Shown one piece after another: positions 18,192 to 25,900 of a stretch of 64,000 nucleotides of DNA. The stretch lies in sequence record ON529850.1. One strand, given 5' to 3'. The translations under genes were made by a program, and so were the position numbers. The notes under the pieces are model-generated. The model worked only from the letters and a program-made list of their open reading frames with translations. It was not told the DNA's origin and did not search any database. Numbering within the stretch: the stretch's first letter is position 1; every line of letters begins with the position of its first letter.

Positions 18192-18498
18192 GCTCGGGCC
18201 AGGACAGGTTGATGTAGCCGCGCGCCGCGTTCGATCCGGCGTCGACCTGGATCGTGTAGCCGGCGTCTTCGAGCACAGCGGCGAGGTCTTGCACGTAGGG
18301 CGACGGCTTGCCGGTCATCCAGGCGCCGGAATGCGGCTGGCCGACGATCGTGGTCAGATCGATCACGGAGCGCCCCAGCGACACGGCCTGCTTCACCGCA
18401 TAATCGATCTTGGCGTAGACGCCGGTCGGATCGGGCTGCGGCACGTAAAGGCGGGCTTCAGCGGCGGTGATGAAAGGGGCGGTCTTCTTCTTGGTCAT
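18172..18498 (-). CDS. Hypothetical protein, 108 aa
   Basis: Coupled ORF. Confidence 0.55.
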   Translation of the reverse strand: MTKKKTAPFITAAEARLYVPQPDPTGVYAKIDYAVKQAVSLGRSVIDLTTIVGQPHSGAWMTGKPSPYVQDLAAVLEDAGYTIQVDAGSNAARGYINLSWPERDHAVD

Positions 18499-18542
18499 GA
18501 ACTTTTACTTGAGAAACAGCGGAGAATTACGGGTGGCGGTGG

Positions 18543-19361
18543 TCACGACTTCCCCATCTCCTGGATGAGAGCGTCGAAGCGCGCCTTGACCTCTTCGGCC
18601 GTCAGGACCTCACCCGCATCGACCTTCGCCATGGAGCGTTCGACCTTGGCCTCCAGCCACTCGTCGTAGCTTTCGTGAATGCCGCCGACCGGGGTGATCG
18701 CCTGCTTCATGGCGGCGCGGACCGTTTCGGCATCGCCCTTGCAGGCCGCCTCGATCACGTCACGCGACAGTCCGGTAGAGCGCATCAGATAACGGATCGA
18801 GCGTTCGAGCAGATCGGCGGGGGTCAGCTCCGGCACCTCGACCTCCACGGCGTTCTTCATCGTTCCGAACATGTAGACGTCGACCTTGGAATGGCGCGTC
18901 GACAGCCAGGAGGTGAAGGCCGCTTTCAGCGCCGCTTGAACCGCGTCGTCAGTCCCGGCGTGATCCGTCGCGATGTTGAAGGCATCGCTCAACGCCGTGA
19001 GGAGAATCTGTTCATCCTCTTCGGTGAAGGCGAAGTCGCTGTCGAACCCGTCTTCGCTCCAGCAGTCGGCGTTCTTGTCCAGGAACCATTCGAAGAGTTC
19101 GTCGCGGTCGAACTGCGGCCCTTTGGTCAGGTCGAAATCCGGCGCGACCGTCAGGCGTTTGTCCGCTTCGGCGATGTAGATGGTCGAGCCCGGCTCAGGG
19201 CCGAAGAGATCGTCTTGCGCCGACTTCAGCGCGGCCGCCTTGGCGTCGTCGAACGTGTTGAACGGGCCGTGGGCATATTCGAACTCTTCGTGATCAGCCC
19301 AGTAGAAACGGAAGACGCCGTTGGAGGGTGCGTCGGCCCAGTCGGGTTCATTGAACGCCAT
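18543..19361 (-). CDS. Hypothetical acidic protein, 272 aa
   Basis: Clean ORF with RBS; D/E-rich. Confidence 0.65.
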   Translation of the reverse strand: MAFNEPDWADAPSNGVFRFYWADHEEFEYAHGPFNTFDDAKAAALKSAQDDLFGPEPGSTIYIAEADKRLTVAPDFDLTKGPQFDRDELFEWFLDKNADCWSEDGFDSDFAFTEEDEQILLTALSDAFNIATDHAGTDDAVQAALKAAFTSWLSTRHSKVDVYMFGTMKNAVEVEVPELTPADLLERSIRYLMRSTGLSRDVIEAACKGDAETVRAAMKQAITPVGGIHESYDEWLEAKVERSMAKVDAGEVLTAEEVKARFDALIQEMGKS

Positions 19362-19363
19362 GA

Positions 19364-19537
19364 TCAGACCCCTTCCTGCAAGGCCTGGATCAAGGCCGAA
19401 ACCTCAAGGCGGTGGATGATGAAGTCGCACGCGCCCAGGTAATCCTGGCGGCCTTCACCGATCACGCGAACGAACGACGCCTCGGGACGAGGATCATCTC
19501 GGCCGGCGGCGTCACAGGGAATGAGTTGAAACGACAT
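19364..19537 (-). CDS. Small hypothetical protein, 57 aa (not in track)
   Basis: MSFQLIPCDAAGRDD...LQEGV; RBS GGAGA; fills the gap between neighbours. Confidence 0.5.
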   Translation of the reverse strand: MSFQLIPCDAAGRDDPRPEASFVRVIGEGRQDYLGACDFIIHRLEVSALIQALQEGV

Positions 19538-19613
19538 CTGATCTCCTACAGAGACAGTTGGACGTGGATGAGAGCCGCCAGTTCGACGCAGCGGCGGAAC
19601 AAAACGGGGATCA

Positions 19614-20579
19614 TCAGGCGATCTTTGAAGTCACCTGGACGCAGGCGGCGGGTGAGGCGAAATAAGCAGGCGCGGCCGCGCGGTATCCTTCCCGATACGC
19701 CGCCGGGGAGCCTTCATGCGGATAGGCGAAAGGCGACATCTTGGAGGGGAACAGTCCGGTGGTCAGAAAGACATACCGGTGCAAGAAGCGATTACGCGCT
19801 TCGCTCGGCGACCAGGGTCGGATGGTGAAGGGCAGAGGATCGACATCGCGCAACAAGGCCCAGACCTCGGTGTCTTCGGGACGACGCGGCATGAGATCGC
19901 GCTTTTCCGTCGCCAGCATCACCAGGTCGATCGCCTTGACCGGCGCGGACATCTTGGTCGGCAGGTTGAAGGTGCGCGCGATCGACGCCTCAACCCCGTG
20001 CTCGATCGCCCGATAGCAGGGCATCAACTGCTTCAGCGGGCTGGAGACGTCTCCCAACACGCTTTCGGAGGCGTCATGCAGCAGCGCCTCCAGCTCATAG
20101 CCCGGTTCGCAGTTCTCACTCGCCAGAACGCTGTGCTGCGCCACGGTGTAGACGGCGTTGGGCTCGATGTGCGCGCCCAGCTGCCCGGTGAAGCGGCAAA
20201 TCCGCGACAGACCGGCGGCGACGTCTTCGATCGTCAACGGCGTTGTGTCGGGCTCCAGGAAATCGAAGTAGACGCCAGACGCCAGCTGGATCGACGGGTG
20301 CATCTTCAGCTGGTTGATCGTCCCATCCGCCATCACCTGGATTTCACGCGCCTTGGCGGTGGTGTGTTCTTCCAGAAGGTCCAGGTAGGCATCCGCCACC
20401 AGAGCGGCGTCGGTGCCGAAATCAGAGCATCCGGTCCTGGGGTCCGTCTCGGCGATCCGAGTGCGCATCCGCAGGCGAAGAGCGGCGTTGCGCAGCTGGT
20501 CCGGCGTCATCGACAGGCGGAAGCCTTCCAGCTGGAGGTCCTGGGTGCGATTGTTGGCGGCGTCTGCGGCGAGGCTCAT
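19614..20579 (-). CDS. HD-domain phosphohydrolase (YfbR/YfdR-like 5'-deoxynucleotidase)
   Basis: IEDVAAGLSRICRFTG...YTVAQHS...ALLHDASE...GDVSSPLK...DLVMLATEKRDL. Confidence 0.85.
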   Translation of the reverse strand: MSLAADAANNRTQDLQLEGFRLSMTPDQLRNAALRLRMRTRIAETDPRTGCSDFGTDAALVADAYLDLLEEHTTAKAREIQVMADGTINQLKMHPSIQLASGVYFDFLEPDTTPLTIEDVAAGLSRICRFTGQLGAHIEPNAVYTVAQHSVLASENCEPGYELEALLHDASESVLGDVSSPLKQLMPCYRAIEHGVEASIARTFNLPTKMSAPVKAIDLVMLATEKRDLMPRRPEDTEVWALLRDVDPLPFTIRPWSPSEARNRFLHRYVFLTTGLFPSKMSPFAYPHEGSPAAYREGYRAAAPAYFASPAACVQVTSKIA

Positions 20580-20659
20580 TCCGAGGCCTTAGAAATGGTT
20601 AACGCCAGCCGTGATGTCACGGCTGGCGCCCCATGTCAAGATTTACAACAGAGGTGGAG

Positions 20660-20965
20660 TCAGTCTCCGCCGCCGCCTCCGTCACCCCCGCCGGAACAAC
20701 CGCCGCCGCCGCCCGAACACGACCCACCGCCATGGTAATCCCCTCCACCGAAGAAGAAGACGGGAACATCGTCCCCGGAATCGTAGCGACGCGACGACAC
20801 ATTGCGGGAAGTCGACCGATAGTCCATTCGCCGGGGCTCCGCCGCCGTCAGCGGGTAGGGGTCGCGGGGTCCGCTCGTGGGGCGGCGTTTGCCGGCGGCG
20901 CCCAGCAGGGCGATCACGACGACGAACACCGTAAAGAAGATGCCGACGAAAATGAGGTCAGCCAT
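20660..20965 (-). CDS. Membrane-anchored protein with a Gly-rich C-terminal tail
   Basis: N-terminal TM LIFVGIFFTVFVVVIALLG; ends GGGSCSGGGGGCSGGGDGGGGGD. Confidence 0.6.
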   Translation of the reverse strand: MADLIFVGIFFTVFVVVIALLGAAGKRRPTSGPRDPYPLTAAEPRRMDYRSTSRNVSSRRYDSGDDVPVFFFGGGDYHGGGSCSGGGGGCSGGGDGGGGGD

Positions 20966-21122
20966 TCGGTTTCCTTCCGACAAACATGACGATTTGATAA
21001 TCGCCGTCCGACGAGATGCTGGTGGTGAAGTTGAGCGGCCCGACGCGGATGTCGCCGAACCAGGGCGAGGCGATGATGAAGATCAGGAACAGCCAGATTC
21101 CCGCAAAGATCGCACCCCACAT
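20958..21122 (-). CDS. Small membrane protein, 54 aa (different frame from track ORF 20914-21120)
   Basis: MWGAIFAGIWLFLIFIIASPWFG...; TGATG overlap with the upstream stop. Confidence 0.55.
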   Translation of the reverse strand: MWGAIFAGIWLFLIFIIASPWFGDIRVGPLNFTTSISSDGDYQIVMFVGRKPNG

Positions 21123-21403
21123 CACAGGCGACCCGACATGAAGCTGCGATGCAGGCCCAACACCTGGGGGTCCTTCACCTTGTTCGTCTGGGTGGGGCAG
21201 AGACGACGGCAGATCGCTACGATCTGACGATCACGCGCCTGGCGGGTCTCTTCGTCAACCACTTCGATCGGATTGACGTCCGCCTTGGTGAAGGCGGCGA
21301 TGTAGGTTCGGCTGTTCATCGCCCCGGACAGAGCGGCGCGTTTGGTCTCGCTCTCCGGATTGATCCGATCCGTCTTATGTCGTTCGTCGATATTGCGGAA
21401 CAT
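21122..21403 (-). CDS. Hypothetical protein, 93 aa
   Basis: Coupled ORF. Confidence 0.55.
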   Translation of the reverse strand: MFRNIDERHKTDRINPESETKRAALSGAMNSRTYIAAFTKADVNPIEVVDEETRQARDRQIVAICRRLCPTQTNKVKDPQVLGLHRSFMSGRL

Positions 21404-21405
21404 GG

Positions 21406-21828
21406 CTACAGGGTCAGGACGCGGACGGGGCCGCCGGAATAGATGTCGTACTCAAGCGCGCAGTGCACCGCCTCGGACGCGGTCGCGCCGGCCGCCATGG
21501 CGCCCAGGGCGAGCTCTCGGCCGGACCCCAGAGCGAAGTAGGGTCGATCAACCGTCAGCGCGCCGTATTCGCTGAACAACACCGCATGACCCGAAGGCGC
21601 GATGATGAAGCCGGTGCTCTCGGCGCCGCTGGATTCCATCGGACAACGGCCGTAGGCGCCTTTGCGAACCCAGGTCATGAACGACACCACGGCCGCCCAG
21701 GTCCCGACGCCTCCGAACAGGACGCCGCGATGGCTTTCGATCTTCACGGCGGAGCCTTCGCGGATGCCGTTCATCGTGACAAGGGAATCCGACGCCAGGA
21801 CGCCGTCTCGATAAGCGATAGTGGTCAC
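21406..21828 (-). CDS. HslV/proteasome-like Ntn peptidase, 140 aa
   Basis: N-terminal MTTIAYRDGVLASDS...K, ALGSG and DIYSGG motifs of Thr-nucleophile peptidases. Confidence 0.75.
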   Translation of the reverse strand: MTTIAYRDGVLASDSLVTMNGIREGSAVKIESHRGVLFGGVGTWAAVVSFMTWVRKGAYGRCPMESSGAESTGFIIAPSGHAVLFSEYGALTVDRPYFALGSGRELALGAMAAGATASEAVHCALEYDIYSGGPVRVLTL

Positions 21829-22121
21829 GCAGGCTCGGTGGTTCGGGGTTTACTGGAACGGTATCGCTGCGGGACGGGCCAGCACGTCAGCAGACTTTCA
21901 CCGGCGAACAGGTAGAGATTGCCGCCGTGGACGCGAATGTTGGTCGCCTTGCGCTCGGACAGGTAGAGACCGTCCAGGTAGCGACGAAACGACCCGCTGA
22001 ACGCCTTGGGCGGCGCGCCCTGCTCCAGTGCGGTTTCGGCCTGACGCTGGACCGCCTTGCGCGGAATCCCCATACGCTTACGCGCGCGCAGCTCCGCGTG
22101 CTCGGTTACATGGGCGCTCAT
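21825..22121 (-). CDS. Hypothetical protein, 98 aa (begins HVTEHAELRARKRMGI; possible small RNase-like fold)
   Basis: Motif resembles small DUF4258/BECR-type proteins; weak. Confidence 0.45.
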   Translation of the reverse strand: MSAHVTEHAELRARKRMGIPRKAVQRQAETALEQGAPPKAFSGSFRRYLDGLYLSERKATNIRVHGGNLYLFAGESLLTCWPVPQRYRSSKPRTTEPA

Positions 22122-22393
22122 GACGCATTCGCCATTTCGGTGGTGATGCGCTCGCTCGTCGCCAGGAAAGAGATCAGGTCCTCGACCTCGCGCTGATGCG
22201 CCGGGGTCAGGTCGGTCAGCCGGCAGATCATGCGTTCCATCCGGGCATAGTCAGAAGATGTCATGACGACGAGGTGGGCGTATTCGCCCGCATTACCCAC
22301 GAGGACCGGCTCGACCATCGCCTTGCGCTGGATTTCCCGCCAACCCGTAGTGTCGGTCGGTGTCGAGATTCTCTGCATCAAGTGCATCTTCAT
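22118..22393 (-). CDS. Hypothetical protein, possibly Phd/YefM-like, 91 aa
   Basis: IQRKAMVEPVLV...HLVVMTSSDYARM resembles the Phd pattern ALREPVxIT...VLMSxEEY. Confidence 0.4.
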   Translation of the reverse strand: MKMHLMQRISTPTDTTGWREIQRKAMVEPVLVGNAGEYAHLVVMTSSDYARMERMICRLTDLTPAHQREVEDLISFLATSERITTEMANAS

Positions 22394-22401
22394 GGCGTCT
22401 C

Positions 22402-22683
22402 CTATCCGGCTCGGCCGGGTTTGGCTGGTCGCATGTCGTAGGGGTTGTGCCGCATCCCCAGGGGGATCGTGTCGTTCAACTCAGCCTGCGCCGGCTCGTA
22501 GATCGAGTAGTCGGAATCGTTGAGCACGATCCCGAAAAAGTTCCGGGTGTAGCGACGGTAAAAGGTATGGGCGTGCTTCTCCGTGTCCTCGACGAACGCC
22601 AGGGTGCGGCCCGTCACCGACGCGCCGATCGCGCGGAGTTTATCCACGCCGGTCGGGTTGAGAGTGGCGATGAAACGGGGCAT
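22402..22683 (-). CDS. Hypothetical protein, 93 aa
   Basis: Clean ORF. Confidence 0.55.
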   Translation of the reverse strand: MPRFIATLNPTGVDKLRAIGASVTGRTLAFVEDTEKHAHTFYRRYTRNFFGIVLNDSDYSIYEPAQAELNDTIPLGMRHNPYDMRPAKPGRAG

Positions 22684-22747
22684 TCAGGTATCCTGACACA
22701 GAGCGTCAGGGATACTGACACAGTTCCGACGTTTTGGGAAGTTCGAC

Positions 22748-23359
22748 CTAGACCGTGGTTGCGCGATTGGCGCGCGTCCACTTTCGCAGGTTGGCGTCGA
22801 ACAGCGCCAGGATCGGGTAGAGACGAACCTGCCACCGCAGGAAGGCGGCGTATCGCGGCGTCCCTTCTTCGGGATGGAAGTAGACGTAGATGCGCTCGCG
22901 CCAGGTGGTCGGCGGAGACGAGGTGCTGCCAGGGCGGCGTCGCGAATACTTCATCTCCCCGATCGCGCGGAAACCGAGCGCATCCACACGAGCGGTATTC
23001 GCCAGGGGCGGCGTCGGAAAGTGGGGGTGCACCTGTCCCGAAGACATGTGGTTGGGGCGCTTGGTTTCCGACGTCATCCAGTCCGGTCGCAGCGGGCCGC
23101 GATTACACACCGCCGGCTCCGGCGTCGGATGCTGGCGGTGGTGCTGCCGGCGTTTCTCATTCGCCTGATCGAACAGACGTGAAGCGTCCTTGGCGGCCTG
23201 GCGCATGTTCGCCTTGGCGGCGTAGGCGCGCGCGTTGGCCTCCTCCCATTCACGGCGATTGAGGCTGACCTGCTTGAGGTGGAGTTTCGCCTGGGCGTCC
23301 AGGGCGTCCGCGTCGCTCAGAAGCGTCGACTTAACCTTTCCCAGATCACTCATAGTCAT
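22748..23359 (-). CDS. Hypothetical protein, 203 aa
   Basis: Coupled ORF with N-terminal coiled coil. Confidence 0.5.
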   Translation of the reverse strand: MTMSDLGKVKSTLLSDADALDAQAKLHLKQVSLNRREWEEANARAYAAKANMRQAAKDASRLFDQANEKRRQHHRQHPTPEPAVCNRGPLRPDWMTSETKRPNHMSSGQVHPHFPTPPLANTARVDALGFRAIGEMKYSRRRPGSTSSPPTTWRERIYVYFHPEEGTPRYAAFLRWQVRLYPILALFDANLRKWTRANRATTV

Positions 23360-23603
23360 GATCCGCCTTTGCAGCCGTCGTGGTGAGAGTGATGGTCGGG
23401 TAGACCTTCACGGTGGGAGCGTCCGACGTCGCGACCATCAGCAGGCCGGCGATGCCGGTGCCGACCATGATGATCGCTTCGGCGTGCTCGGGGCGAATGA
23501 CGTAGCCGAGCAGTCCCGCCAGGGCGATCAGCCCCAGCCAGGTCGACCGCTCCAGCGCCTTGGTGAGCAGGAAGGTGTAGAGGGCTTTCCAGTTCCAGGT
23601 CAT
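23346..23603 (-). CDS. Small two-TM protein, holin-like
   Basis: ERSTWLGLIALAGLLG...AIIMVGTGIAGLL resembles the ExSTWxG holin-like pattern. Confidence 0.4.
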   Translation of the reverse strand: MTWNWKALYTFLLTKALERSTWLGLIALAGLLGYVIRPEHAEAIIMVGTGIAGLLMVATSDAPTVKVYPTITLTTTAAKADHDYE

Positions 23604-24304
23604 TCCGTGACTCCCATGGTGATTTCGACCATATCATCGGCGATCCGACGGGTGTCTTCGTCCAAGAGCGCCGCGACGGTCTGCTCATCGGTGGTCAAGG
23701 GCCGGGCGCCGTTCGCCAGGTTCAAGCGATCCGACGCGGACATCCGGCGAGCGGCGGCGACCGCCTGTGCAGGCCCCGTGTCGGTCGGGCGCACCGTCGC
23801 TTCGGGCGTTCCGGTCAGAACCCCGCGCAGCATGGCGGTCGCCTTGACCCGGCGCGCGTCGGCCTCATGACGAAGCGTCGCCATCTTGGTGCGCACGCGG
23901 TTGAACTCTTCGCGAGTGTCTTCCCGCGACATCTCCAACTTCACCGCGTCCGAGAGGTAGGTCATCGCGCGGGTGATGATGTCTTCCGCTTCCTGGAAGG
24001 TGTAGACGCCGCCGGGGGCCGCTTGAATCGAGGCGCGCGCCGCCGCCGCCGAGAGCTCCTCTTCCAGCTCCGCGATGCGTTGATGCGCCTGCTCCAGCGC
24101 CGTGGGCGACGCTTCCAGGAAATCAACCTGGTAGCGGCGCGTCAGATCGGAGATTGCGCGTGATGCGCTGGGGGTGCCTTCTGGGACGGTCACATCGTGG
24201 CCGGCACCCGCCAGGGCTTGCGCCAGAACGGCGATGAGGGTGGTCTTGCCGCTGCCCTTGTCACCCGTGACGGTGACAGTGACGCGGGCGATGTTATCGG
24301 TCAT
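23600..24304 (-). CDS. Hypothetical protein with an N-terminal Walker-A-like motif, 234 aa
   Basis: GDKGSGKTT followed by coiled coil; no clear Walker B. Confidence 0.55.
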   Translation of the reverse strand: MTDNIARVTVTVTGDKGSGKTTLIAVLAQALAGAGHDVTVPEGTPSASRAISDLTRRYQVDFLEASPTALEQAHQRIAELEEELSAAAARASIQAAPGGVYTFQEAEDIITRAMTYLSDAVKLEMSREDTREEFNRVRTKMATLRHEADARRVKATAMLRGVLTGTPEATVRPTDTGPAQAVAAARRMSASDRLNLANGARPLTTDEQTVAALLDEDTRRIADDMVEITMGVTE

Positions 24305-24305
24305 T

Positions 24306-24566
24306 TCAGAACCAGATCAGGAGGTTTGCATTGCGGAGACGCGGATGCACCTCCAGGTTGAGCCAGTCGACCAAGCGCTTGCGCAGCTCTTCAGGGCCAT
24401 CGCCCAGGTCGGGGTCTCTGGCGGACCAGCGCACAAGCGCGGCCTCGTAGACCCGGCCCACAACAGCGGAAGAATCGAACGCCGACACGACATGAAACAG
24501 GGCGCCGTCTCGGGGATCGGACGGGCGCGGCTCGCCGATGACGACGTAGAGCGCCTGCCGCACCAT
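24306..24566 (-). CDS. Hypothetical protein, 86 aa (start MVRQ)
   Basis: ATG coupled to the upstream stop. Confidence 0.5.
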   Translation of the reverse strand: MVRQALYVVIGEPRPSDPRDGALFHVVSAFDSSAVVGRVYEAALVRWSARDPDLGDGPEELRKRLVDWLNLEVHPRLRNANLLIWF

Positions 24567-25365
24567 CACAGCGACCGGCCCAGGATGAACCCGATGAGGC
24601 CGGCCGCCAGGATGGGTGTTCCGATCAGGATCGACAGTGTCGACAACCAATGACGAACACACCAGGCGAAAAGGCGATTGCCCCCTTCATCCAGCCAGTC
24701 GAAATTGGTGTCGTTGATCATGTCAGTTCGAGCCGAGGCCTTCAAAGATGGAGCCGATCAGCTCCAGGCCGGATTCCAGGATGGCGAAGACCCAAAAGCC
24801 GTCCCAGAAACTGGTCGAACGGTCCGGGCGCCGCTTCGTCCGGTCCGTCGTTTTGGTGAAATCGACCACGTCAGAAGAAGACGCAGCCGGAGACCAGGCC
24901 GCACAGGAAGATGACGGCGGCGGCCGACTTGGTCTCGCGGGCGATGGTGGCGGCTTGGCGCACAGCGGCTTCGACAGCGGCGACGATGGGGTTGGTGGAG
25001 TTCATGGTCAGGGGTCCGTTAGGTTTTGGGTTCGGGGGTAGAGGTGAGGTAGTCGGCGAACGTCTTGGCGGTCGTGACAATCTCTTCGGCCGAAGAGCCC
25101 TTCTCGGCATGATAGCGCAGCGCCATCTCAAGGGCCTTCTCGTGAACGATGACGTAGTGGTCGCTCATTTCACTTTCTTTCGCGGTCGCCCGCGTTTGGG
25201 GGGTGGAGGGGGAGCGACCGCCGGCGTTTCGTCCGGCGATCGTTTCGTCAACAAGGCGAGGTCCTCGTCATCCAACGCCGGCAACCCATACGGGTCGTCC
25301 GACATCAAATCCCGATCGTCCAGGTCGTGGATCAGATCGTTCAGGTCGGCGTATCTGCGCGGCAT
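24566..25365 (-). CDS. Run of five very small coupled ORFs (24566-24721, 24723-24869, 24871-25005, 25019-25168, 25165-25365; 44-66 aa)
   Basis: Manual translation gives tightly abutting ORFs, some hydrophobic (e.g. MINDTNFDWL...GFILGRSL). Confidence 0.45.
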
Positions 25366-25378
25366 CGGCGTGGAGGGC

Positions 25379-25783
25379 TTAGTCCTGCTTGAGGCGGTAG
25401 ATCGGCAGAGGCTGGGCCTCGGCGCCGTAGACGGCCGCATGGAAGACAGCGGTGGTCATCTCGACCACGCCTTTCTCCAGCAGCTCCGGCAGACGGAAAC
25501 CGCGCACGCGGTGGTCTTCGTGGTCACGATCCGCGAACGAACGCCACTGCTTCTCGGTGGTCCAGTCGGCGCCGGTGACGGACAGAAGACGCATCAGGGC
25601 GACGCAGGCCTTGAGCTCGACATTGGTCAGGCTGTCGGTCGACAAATGTTCCGGCAGGGCGACCAGGCCGACCTTGTCTTCGCCAGGACCGATCGACGGG
25701 AAGGAGACGGTTCCAGGAGCGCGAAGCGGTTGGGCGGCGCCGGCCGCGCCGGGACCGGCGGGGCGGTAGGTTTGTTCAGTCAT
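25379..25783 (-). CDS. Hypothetical protein, 134 aa
   Basis: Clean ORF downstream of the portal. Confidence 0.55.
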   Translation of the reverse strand: MTEQTYRPAGPGAAGAAQPLRAPGTVSFPSIGPGEDKVGLVALPEHLSTDSLTNVELKACVALMRLLSVTGADWTTEKQWRSFADRDHEDHRVRGFRLPELLEKGVVEMTTAVFHAAVYGAEAQPLPIYRLKQD

Positions 25784-25900
25784 CGGGTACTCAGCACTTC
25801 TTGCGCTTCATGGGGAGAGGGGTCTTCGGAGGCGCCGGTTTGGCCCGCTTGGGCTTCACCGGCTTGGCGAACGGCGTCGCGGTCAGGATGTCGATCGCCA

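Noticed and set aside
20914-21120. Track ORF MGCDLCGN...
   Set aside because: An alternative frame (20958-21122) gives a coupled TGATG start and a coherent membrane peptide with less overlap
23600-24304. Functional P-loop NTPase
   Set aside because: A Walker-A-like GDKGSGKTT is present, but the domain is short with no clear Walker B; left as hypothetical
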